DNA of 64,000 nucleotides, taken from NCBI GenBank assembly GCA_003344405.1, contig NOWV01000016.1:124001-188000 (forward strand), read 5' to 3'. The notes beneath the pieces are model-generated. The model did not search any database. It saw only the letters and a list, made by a program, of their open reading frames with translations, and had not been told where the DNA came from. The stretch comes from Trichoplax sp. H2 (Eukaryota). The position numbers and the translations under genes are program-made. Positions 40,201-50,735 of the stretch are shown here, piece by piece; within the stretch, counting starts at the first letter, position 1, and every line of letters begins with the position of its first letter.

Positions 40201-43087
40201 CGCAGTTTAGAGGAAAAACTGTGAAAAAGCGTTATGATCAATTACGTGAGGCAACGATCACTTTACAACGCCGATTAAGAGCTAATTGGATTGCTAGATA
40301 TGAATTATTGCAATATCACTTTATACGTGGTGCTATTATAACAATTCAAAGTAAATATCGTAGCTATGTCGTTCGTAAAAAGTACTGTCAATTAAAAGAT
40401 AGTATCATTAAAGTGCAAGCTAATGTCCGATGTTATCAAGAAAGGAATCGTTATTTACAACTTTTGAATGCTGCAATAATGATGCAAAGAAGATACAGAA
40501 GTAAAATTATTGCTCAAAAATTAAATCATGAGTATAGAAAACTTCGTCAAAGTGCTATTCTCATCCAAGCTGTTTATCGTGGACATTTATATAGGCGACA
40601 TCTAGCTCAGCATAATGCGGCAGCTATTACTATCCAATCTTTCTATAGAGGCTATCAAGTTAGACGTAATCATGGCGATTTAGTTAATACTGTGACAAAA
40701 TTGCAAGCAATGTTTAGAAGAAAAAAAGCTCAAATTTATTACAAGCAATTATTACGAGCATGTAGTATGATACAGCAAAGATATAGAGCTAAACTGGCTA
40801 TGAAGAATACTGTAAAAGACTATTTGTGTAAACGAGTAGCTATTATTAGATTACAAAGTGCTGTAAGAGGCATGTTCTCAAGAAGGGAAGCTCAAAAGAT
40901 TCGTTCTACAATTAAACTTCAAGCACATGTACGCGGAATGTTGCAACGCCAAAATTACATGAAATTAAAACAATCAGCCATATTTATTCAATCAAAAATA
41001 CGTAGTTTGTTAGTCCGTAAGGATTATCAACGGCAATTGAATGCTATAATATATATCCAACGTTGGTATAGAGCTAGATGTCTAGCTAATGCAACACGGT
41101 ATAGCTACTTGTATACATGCGGTGCTATTATCACAATCCAGGCTACTTATAGAGGTTACTCTGTAAGAAAATTAGCCAATAAACAGCGTGAAGCTGCTAT
41201 TCAGATACAAAGTTTTTACAGATGCTATTTTCAACGACGCCAATATACGCAATTGAGAAAGAATGCTATTCTTTTGCAAGCATGTGTACGACGGCAACAG
41301 CTTCAAGAAAGATACCAACAAATGCAAAAAGCTACAATTATCTTACAAAGTTATTACCGAGCTTATAAAGTTAGTCGTGATCAAAGAGAAAGTTATCTTT
41401 ATATTCGGACCGCAGTAATCCGATTGCAATCATGCTGGCGTGGATATAGAACTAGAAAGCAAATTGCTTTTGAAAATGCTGCTTTAACATTACAGAAGCG
41501 GTACAGAATGAAATTAATAGGTCAAAGTATAAGAAATAATTATTTACAACTACGTGAGGCAGTTATTTGTATTCAAGCCTTTTATCGTGGCCATCAATGT
41601 AGAAAGTGGACAACTAAGCTACGTGCTTGTCGTATAATTGTAGCTCACCAGAGAGGATATATGATCAGGTTATACTTTTATAAGTATTTTCGATTGCGCT
41701 TATCATTGTGTGACTTGTATGATATTCTAGTCGAATTCTATCCGATGTAAAATTTTAATTGCGTATCTTACAACGGTACTCGTATTTATACATAGCGACG
41801 ATAAAAAATAAACGTATATAGCTTAATTGCCATATTATTTTTTATGCAGGAAACGTATCGCTCAGCAAAATCAAGCTGCAAGATTAATACAAACCCGGTG
41901 GCGTCTGCATAATCGCTATACGCAAGCAAATAGACGTATCGAAAGAGCTGCAACTTTGATTCAAGCAACATGGAGAGGCTATATTGTACGCTTGAACCAA
42001 TTGAAGCATAACAAAGCTCTAGAAGAGGCAAGACAACGCATAAAGCAAGCAAATGAAGCTGTAACTGAAGACAAAAAGTTATCCAATCGAACAAAATCAG
42101 CATTAAGATGGCTATTGAAGCCAAACATATATATGTCAAAACTACATGAAGCTCTAAGGAATTTAGGTAAATTCTTTTACCTCAAGTACAGTTTATTTAT
42201 CATACGCAGTGATAAAAGAAATAGAAAATCGTGTATTGAAGTTTTTATTTCTTTAACATTATAGATAATCCAACAAAATTTTCTCAGGTTTGCAGTGAAA
42301 ATTTAGCAAATAGTGATGCTCCGGAGATTATTTTCAAATTAATTAAATCACTGAATCATAGCGTGCCTAGCTATGATTTAAATAATGCAGCGTTGGATGT
42401 CTTAATCAACGTGGCTAACGTAAGCATAGAATACGGATTTCATAAATACTGTACTGTATACACGTATACACTTTGAATAAGAATTATGTTGCCTAACTGA
42501 TCTACACCATTGTACAATGCATTTTTAGTTTTGATTATGCTCGAATAACAAGATTTTAAGTGACCAGTGTTTTTTTCTCCTTGATTAGTTCCCAACGTGT
42601 ACACAGGCGGTTTATGAAGCGGAAAATTCAATTTCAACTATTATTCATGTCATTCATGGTTACATTAATAAAAATAATGCCATTTGCTATAAAGCTAGCC
42701 ATCTACTTAAAATTCTATTGGAATCTGGTGATAGTAAGATGAAAGTAGATGTAAGTTACTTTTTTGACGTGGGAAATAAGCCAGTTAAATACGTATATGA
42801 ATTGTCTTATCTAGGGCAAGGAAGCCAAAATTTTGAACTTATAATCTAATAACGACTTTTTTCTTTATTATTAGATGTTGACGAAAGATGTGACTAGCAG
42901 TAAGAAATTAATCAAGATATTTGAAAAAGTAACCATCAATGGAAATGGAAAACACCTTCATATTTACAATATTGGCCGAAAAAATTCCAAAATAGCTTCA
43001 AGCAAACACCTAACTACATCATGTTTGCTACTTGTAAAAGAATTGCTAAAAGCTCAATCTACATTTTACAGCAAGTCCATCAAGTAG
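31299..43087 (+). CDS. ASPM: Abnormal spindle-like microcephaly-associated protein (ASH domain, two CH domains, large IQ array, C-terminal HEAT/armadillo-like region)
   Basis: N-terminal ASH domain (VLVLKHFAQVPKLYF...ITWNP), [98 protein letters not shown], a 4.3-kb IQ exon (37371-41668), and EDKKLSNRTKSAL. Stop at 43085-43087. Confidence 0.95.
38859..39350 (+). repeat. Recent in-frame tandem duplication of a 219-bp (73-aa, three-IQ) unit within ASPM
   Basis: The ATT codon of K-I-A-A occurs at 38862, 39081 and 39300 (period 219). Copies are nearly identical at the DNA level. Confidence 0.9.
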
Positions 43088-44489
43088 ATAGTTATAATTT
43101 TATTACCAATAATATGATACCCTCTAATGATGCATATCGTATTGGTTGTTATAAATTTGGATGCCTATATTTTATCTATGCATATCACTTTATTATCTTA
43201 ATGTACAGATACCTATAAGATTAATATGACCCTATGTGTCTATCTTATCCTGTCCTTTTTATCATTTATTAGTAGATTATACTAAAATTAATTGTAACGT
43301 TATGAGCCTGTATTCTATGTTAGATTAACTTGCCACTTTAATGGTTGTAAAAGTATCTAGTTTCCTTTCATTCCAAGGGTGTAGCTTAAGTAGGGGAAAA
43401 TTGGACTATTATGTTATTAACAGAAGTCGTATAAAAATTGATTGTTAGTTTTAAGATTGCTTGAATACTGAAAATTTGAATACGACATACTCGTACATTA
43501 AAACTTTCAAAATATTTATAAATCTTAATCTTATCTTGTTCAATCTATATTATCTCTTTATAGCCATGTTATGGGAGCTCTATCGTCTGATATCCATGGT
43601 CTCTGATAACGTAGAGTAATGTATGTTGCTCTAATAAATCTAATCCATTGTTGGGAGGGTTAGCTGAGTTTATTTTGAGCTCATTCAAAGTTAAATTTTT
43701 AGCTATGAGAATTATCAATCTGCAGACGATTGATCATTTTGTGATTATGCAATAGTTTGTTCTAATATAGTGGATAATAACCCCAACAAGTTCAATATTC
43801 ATTCGCTAAGATTGTTATCCCGTCATCAGATGTGCACAAATAACACATAGGCCTGTTAGTAGCTAGGAAGTTTTTTTCCCTTAGGTATGTTGACCAGAAA
43901 CTTCAGTTCCTTAAAGTCTAAAAAGACTTTAAATTTAGATTTTTGTAAGATTTTTACGGGGTAGGGAATCCTGTCTACTCCTCCTATCACATAGATAATA
44001 CAGATGTTCCAATATGATCTACGATATGCCTAAATAAACGATGGTGTTGCATAAAAGGTAGCATAATTTATCTTGAAGTTAATTTTTGGATTATTATTTA
44101 AATTATGCCTGTGTAAAGTTCACTATCGTCCTTATTGATCTCTTCTACCAATATCGAACAGTGTAACATGGAAAAGACAAGATTAATTTAAGAAGCGGCA
44201 ATTTATTCAGCACAGTATTGTTGGCTCGTAGTGGTCTTAATTTTATTGATTGTACGGTATTTTTGATGATTGATGGTTTTTATAGGATAGCTTGTAAGCC
44301 AATTTTGTAAATTTTAAAAGCTGAATTTGAACTTTTCTTAGAGATCTTTTTTACTTTCATGAGCAGGTCCTAGCATTATGAAATATTTACTTGTTATCTG
44401 CATTCTTTTTCACTTTGTATAATGTACTATACGCGTACTATACATAATATTTAAATCTCAAATACTTCTTTACAATACCTAACAGTAGT

Positions 44490-45260
44490 TATTTGTCTTG
44501 CTGCCTGCAGCATTTTTCGACTTTGCAAACGTTATTTTGATGTCATACTGAATGGATATCTCATTCATGGCAGCCACTTATGCTTACTACTTTCAGTATT
44601 TTTTCATTTACTGCAATATACCTTTATTAAAGGGTTATCTACCTAATAGATTATTTTTGCTTGCCACCTGCAGGATTTTTCGACTTTGTACACATTATTT
44701 TGATCTCATATTGTCCCTTACTGAATGGATCTCATTCATGGCAGCCACTTATGCTTGCTACCTTCAACTTTTTTTATATTACACCATTGAGATAGCATAA
44801 TTAACAGTAGTTTAAAAAGGATATCTACCTAATTACCGTTTTGCTTGGTGCCTGCATCATCTTTAGACTTTGCACATATCATTTAGATCTCATCTTGTCT
44901 CTTTCTGAAGATCTAATACCTGTAGCCTTTTTTTTTTTGACTTTGCAAACATCATTTTGATCTTATCTTTGCCTCTTTCCTGCATGAAAACCTAATACCT
45001 GCAGCATTTTTAAAATTTTGCATCCATTATTTTGATCTCATCTTTTCTCTTACTAAATGGATATCTATAATAATAGCTGCAGTATTTTTTGACTTTGCAT
45101 CCATTATTTTGATCTCATCTTGTCTCCTACTGAATGGACATGTAATAGCTGCAGCATTTTTGGACTTTGCATACTGTCCACATTGTGTACTGTAGTGAAT
45201 GGGTGCCTTATCACTGGCAGCCACTGCTGTGCTGTATAATTATGCTTGCTACCTGCATCT
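44490..45260. repeat. Degenerate tandem repeats (core CCTGCAGCATTTTT-GACTTTGCA-ATTATTTTGATCTCATCTT), ~70-180 bp units
   Basis: The core recurs about 7 times; ATGGCAGCCACTTATGCTT occurs in several units. Confidence 0.8.
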
Positions 45261-45544
45261 TTTTCCATCTTATCCAGTTTAATTAAGGGTACGATTGCTT
45301 GTCACATCATTCTCACTTTGTTCGTTACACCCTGGAACATAGCAAGCAGGTCTGTTTACATATGTTGATGAAGGCATACATAATTTCAACAATGATTATG
45401 CCGTGCTGATCAAATAGGCACAGTAAAAGAGGATAGAAAAGGAGTTGATTAGGTCATGGGCAATTGGGCATGGCCGTGGGAGTGGATAGCAACATCGTTG
45501 GTCCATTTTACCCCATGCTATCGCAAGAACATACGTAGCGGACG

Positions 45545-46120
45545 TGATCACCTGTGTTGAAGAGAAACTGGAGGGTATGACAGCTCATTTTGCACACATC
45601 ATATCCCATGGATTGAAGAGTCAGAAATGATGTCATCATAGCAGTCACCGTATAGTACGCGTATCCCTCCCCCCATGTCAATAAAACTTAACCTGCGAGT
45701 GTCTCGCCAGGTGTACAGTATAATCGTATACGTTATTAATTGATCACCTGTGTTGAAGTAGAGAAACTGGAGAGTATGACAGCTCATTTTGCACACATCA
45801 TATCCTATTGAGTGAACAGTCAGAAATAATGTCATTATAGCAGTCATCGTAGTGTACGCGTATCCCTCACCTCATGTCAACAAAACTTAACCTGCCAGTG
45901 TCTCGCCAGGTGTACAGTATAATCGTATACGTTATTAATTGATCACCTGTGTTGAAGAAGAGAAACTGGAGGATATGACAGCTCATTTTGCACACATCAT
46001 ATCCCATGGATTGAACAGTCAGAAATAATGTCATCGTAGCAGTCAGCGTGCTGTACGCGTATCCCTCACCCCATGTCAACAAAACTTAACCTGCGAGTGT
46101 CACGCCAGGTGTATAATCGT
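45545..46120. repeat. Three near-identical ~196-199 bp tandem copies, each carrying ATGACAGCTCATTTTGCACAC
   Basis: The unit start TGATCACCTGTGTTGAAG occurs at 45545, 45741 and 45940. Confidence 0.92.
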
Positions 46121-46128
46121 CTATAGGA

Positions 46129-46159
46129 CCAATCAGACAACTCGATTGAAATGACGTCA
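46129..46159. promoter_or_regulatory. CCAAT box (46129-46133) and full palindromic CRE TGACGTCA (46152-46159)
   Basis: Consensus NF-Y and CREB/ATF sites lie next to each other, immediately after the triplicated unit. Confidence 0.5.
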
Positions 46160-46169
46160 ATGGCCTGAG

Positions 46170-46410
46170 AAAAAGTGAAGCCGAAAAGCTCCACGCGCTA
46201 TTCTAGGTTCGGATAGGAGATCGGTATCCAGTCTAATACCTAGTAGGCTATTGGTTCTCGCTGGACTAGGCCAACGCCTAGCCAGTGCTTTAGTTCACAA
46301 TAGTAAACAAAGCCTTTACAAAGGTACCATTCGCCCCCCTTCCACGCGACAATAGAAGCCCATAGACGTTGTCAACCCCTGGTCAGATTCCTTATAGTCA
46401 TAAGGAATTT
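46170..46410. ncRNA. Candidate structured RNA element (multiple hairpins, GC-enriched, no ORF); identity unknown
   Basis: Stems seen by eye: 46175-81/46188-94; CTAGGT 46203-08/ACCTAG 46238-43 enclosing GGATA/TATCC; GCTATTG 46247-53/CAATAGT 46298-304 enclosing CGCTGG-A-CTAGGC-caac-GCCTAG-CCAGTG; ATTCCTTAT 46387-95/ATAAGGAAT 46400-08. Confidence 0.3.
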
Positions 46411-46539
46411 TCCCATAACGGCGACAAGACAAAAATCCATAGCAACAAAGTTCGATTCGACGGATTCAAAATTGGGGAGAATAAATATTCAAAGTTAAAT
46501 CTTACCCGTCTACAATCGTGTAAGTCGTTATCAATGAGC

Positions 46540-47490
46540 TAAAACGTTCGATTGCTAACGTCATTGATGAGCAGTTCAATCGATGATGATGTTTGATGAT
46601 GAAGATTGTGGTTAAGATGAATGAGTAGGAGAAGTCAGTCAAGATAGCTTGGACGATCAACACTTCCATCATGGGAGTATTTTCTCCACCAGTACTCTTA
46701 ACATTGGAAATCATTCTCGTAGTAATTTACTGTAGCTCAATTAAAACGTCATGATTGCTAACGTTTATATCAATGATGATAATTTCAATCGATGCGAGAT
46801 GGTGATGATGAAGACTGTTGTTTAGTTAAATGAATGTTATTTAAGAATAGTTAACAAGTCATGCTGGGCAGTGGCCATATTGACCATATTCAACCACTGT
46901 TGTATTTCTCCTACTCGAAGCAGAATATGAGAATAATATTTAAAATCAGCGTCGTATTCACTTACTTTATTGTTCGTTAAATCGATGAAAACATAATAAG
47001 TGCTAACATCAAAATCAAGGATGATAATTTAATGTACAGGAAATGTTCCATGATGAAGATTGAACTTTAGTTGGATTGATGTTGTTGAAGAAGAAAATGG
47101 TAAAGTCATGCTCACCACTAGCCATATTGACCATATACTGTCGTACTTTCTCTACTTTAATGTTCGAGATCATCATGGTATTAATTAATGGTTTTAACCT
47201 ACTGCGGTTAAATAGTATCAAGATATCATGGACTGCTAATATCTAGATAAACAGTGACGATTTAAATATTAACTAGAAAAAGTATTAATCATTAAAGATT
47301 ATAGTTCACTTGGATCAATGTTATTTAAGAACCGTATCGAAAACATGTTGGACCGTGGCCATGTCGATGACGGAGCATTCTCTCTACTCTGACATTTTAT
47401 ATCATCATCGTACTATCTTACTGTAGTTAAATGATATCAATATGTCATGGATTGCTAACATCTAGATCAGCGATGATCATTTCACTGAGT
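46540..47490. repeat. Highly degenerate ~200-245 bp tandem repeat (about 4-5 copies)
   Basis: The anchor TGCTAA(C/T) followed by GATGATAATTT-like sequence recurs at ~46551, 46754, 47000, 47231 and 47450. GCCAT(A/G)T(T/C)GA and TTCTCTACT recur with it. Confidence 0.65.
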
Positions 47491-49012
47491 CTAAAGCTAT
47501 TTTTCTCTATGGATGGCATTTTCTGTCTTAACTAAATACAAAGAAAATTCATTTTGAATGTCTCTTCAACCGTGATGCAATCAATCAGTACACTATAGTA
47601 AATACCTACACCATTTTTTGTCTTCATCAGTTATTTATGTTTTCAATATTTTACTGCACTTAGAAATTTTGATGATTTCGGCCAGTTGAATATCATTTTT
47701 TTTCTGTATCTATCGTGCCTGAGTGCAATCAAAACATAACTAATCAGTGATGGCAATTTTAGTGAGTTAAAAGCGATCAATTCGATCCTTTCTAGTCATT
47801 TTCCATTATACTCTTCGTTAATTTTATTGAGCTGAATAAAGTCTAAACATTCAATACATTAATATAGTAATTCATTTCCGATGTTTTTCACACTTGACGA
47901 TGACGACTTCGCTTAGTTTATTCAATTTTCTTCCGTCAGTCAATTTTGACCGTTCTGTACTAGAATGACATCGAAACAGTCAACGCTTAGTGCCTTTATC
48001 AAAGATGATGATTTCAGTCAGTTTCCAATAATATTCTTATACTGTACACCCGTATTGGCTGTACCCGAAACTAGATTGAAAATTTGGATCAATTACCAAT
48101 ACCTTGATATATCACGATGACGATGATTTCACTTACTTTAAAAATAGCCTTCCGATAGACAAATAATTATAATCAAAATTTCTTTCAATAGTATGATTAT
48201 TCTGACAGAATGTTGACGCTAGAAGCAATTCTAAATTATAGATGATCGCTCTAGCGTCAATTACAATTGCTGATATTTCTGTTAGTCAAGAATTTCATCT
48301 GTCTTTAAATTTTTCTATTTTTAAAACCGTATTGTTAATACTATTTGCGATATAATCGTCATATTTCATCAGATTGACGAATATTTATACAGTACTGTAG
48401 TGTACTACACATATCATCGGGACATACTGTAATACAAGAAGAATAAGAAAAATCAAAGTCGAGATTTTTCTCATTTATAGACTGCGTTGAAATCTTCATC
48501 ACGTACACCACTTGTGTAAATAAAATTGGATCTCAATTTATTTTCATCGATTAGACAAATACAGCGACCAGTAATTAATAAATTATAGATTATTTCTTAA
48601 GACTAGCTCATTAATTTTTATAAGTTTCATCAAGACAGGGCCATCGATTCGATGAACATCATTTCTGCTTGATGGTGACGGTTAACAACTTATCCTTTAG
48701 ATTGTTATGGAAATCGATGCATAGTTCTACTTCATTCATGTCAACTATTAACAATTTCATGATAATATTTTTAGAATCATTTCGCGCTCTTATTATGACC
48801 GTACCATCGTTGGATAGTTCTATTTCTTTATCAGTTGTTTTTACTTAATCATCTTGAGGCTAAGCATGAATTCATGTCATCAATTAGAGTTAGCCAACCT
48901 CTGTCGAAACTAGATATGCTATAATTAGTCTCATAAATTCATTTTGATGTCTATTAATACGGTATAAATTGATTCTGTTTCGGATAGTTGCTAAGACTGA
49001 AAGAAAAGAATT

Positions 49013-50735
49013 ATGAATCATAATCACACACATGATGGCAGTACAATGCCTACGGGTACGCATAGTATGCATATGCATCCTACTACAGCTAATAGCCACG
49101 CAGGCCATGGACCTTCGTCGACTCCAGGCCATCAAGTAAGAGGAATTAAATCTATTTTGATGATTTTTAATAGCATAGATTGGAATAAAATTGATATTTT
49201 TTAGCATACTAATATGCTATGGTTTGTTCATTGATCGGCTTATACATATGATTACTATTCCATTGCCAGGGATATTTCTATTTTAGTGACCAAGCAATAG
49301 TCCTGTTTGCTGGTTGGAAAATTACCACCGCTTCTGGTAAATTAAGTAGTCATTACTATGCAAAGCTGTTATTTCAACGTCCTAAATCGAGGGATTTAAG
49401 TGATCGTTCGAAAACGTGATGATAATAATAAATGTATACATCACGTATTCAATTTTTTCACACAATTTATTAATTAGACTTCATTACTATTATCTATTGT
49501 CAGTTGCATAATACATTTGTTCTCACTCTAGAAAGCATACAATAATTCAGCGTACAGTTGATTTTTGCCCTTTAGATAGCTAAAAAATTGAATGCATTAT
49601 CCGCTTGTCTAGATACAATTGCAATGAACATTTTTAGAGTATCTAATACACCTTTAATATGATGTGAAAAATGCTTAACATTGGCAAGATATTGAAATAC
49701 GATTGTAATAAATAGGACAGGCAGCCAGTACATCTATAATACGATAATGCAATTAAATGCCAACATTTGCAAAATTTTGAAATACGATTGTAATAAATAG
49801 CATCCAGTATACTTTTAAAACAATGATGTAAATAATTACTAACATTTTCAAAATAGTGAAATACTATTGCAATAAATAGAACAGAGCATCCAGTATACCT
49901 GTAGTACAATGATATAAAAAATACTAACATTTCCAAAATATTAAAACACGTTTACAATGTATAGAACAGTGCCCATTCCACCTATAATACAATGATGCAA
50001 AAATACTAACATTTGTAAAATACTAAAATTTAGGAATGGCTTTATCCTGTGTGGGTATTTTCTTTTTGGCTTGGCTTTATGAAGGTTTAAAAGTTTTTCG
50101 TGAAAGATGGTTTTACAATAGTATCCAATACGATCGTAGTCGTAAAATTAGTAAAATTACGGAAAGGTAAGCAATTTTTTGGGCTATTGGAGACTCCTAG
50201 AATCTGATGGAGTGAACGTATTGTTCTTAGAAATACTATAACAATTATGATACTAATAGAAATAGGTTAACTTTGATGTATTCTTTGCAGTCTTTATTGT
50301 AATGAATATTGAAAATTAGGTAATAACTTGCTTGTTGAAAAGTAAAATTTGGATTCATCATATTGTGCTTGATTATAAAAAATCAATCTCTTTATAGAGT
50401 AACATTAATCCCACTGTGTTTATTAACGGTTATCATCAGCTCATTTGCAACCTTGATTGATTTATTCTACGTTAATATTAAAGTTTGAGCGATGCAAACT
50501 AATACATGATGTCCTTTCTTCATTTCTTAGCTTTTCTGGAAGATGTTTCGGTGACCATATACTACAAACGATTCTACATGTCATTCAAATTGTGTTGAGC
50601 TACTTCTTAATGTTAATTTTCATGACCTATAACGGCTACTTATGCATAGCTGTTGCTGCTGGCTCTGGCTTTGGCTATTTGACTTTTGGATGGCTTCGTA
50701 GAACCTTCCAAGACACGACCGAACATTGTCATTAA
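49013..50735 (+). CDS. SLC31A1: High-affinity copper transporter CTR1 (4 coding exons)
   Basis: His/Met-rich N-terminus (MNH, ATCUN-like), YFYFS...[46 protein letters not shown] (MxxxM), GSGFG (GxxxG), and C-terminal EHCH. Confidence 0.93.
49650..50025. repeat. Degenerate ~80-90 bp minisatellite in a CTR1 intron
   Basis: Recurrent AACATT..AAAAT..TGAAATACGATTGTAATAAATAG..CA(T/G)CCAGTA..CT(A/G)TA..ACAATGAT units. Confidence 0.7.

Noticed and set aside
45362-45410. TGATGA...CTGA with an internal GGCATA/TATGCC stem, resembling a C/D snoRNA or SECIS
   Set aside because: Only about 43 nt between the boxes, no terminal stem, SECIS quartet geometry not satisfied, and no adjacent selenoprotein ORF.
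45545-46120. Regularly spaced repeats as a CRISPR array, or ORFs 45599-45847 and 45867-46082 as genes
   Set aside because: Whole ~197-bp units are duplicated with no unique spacers, in a eukaryotic context. The ORFs are not in a consistent frame between copies and are by-products of the repeat.
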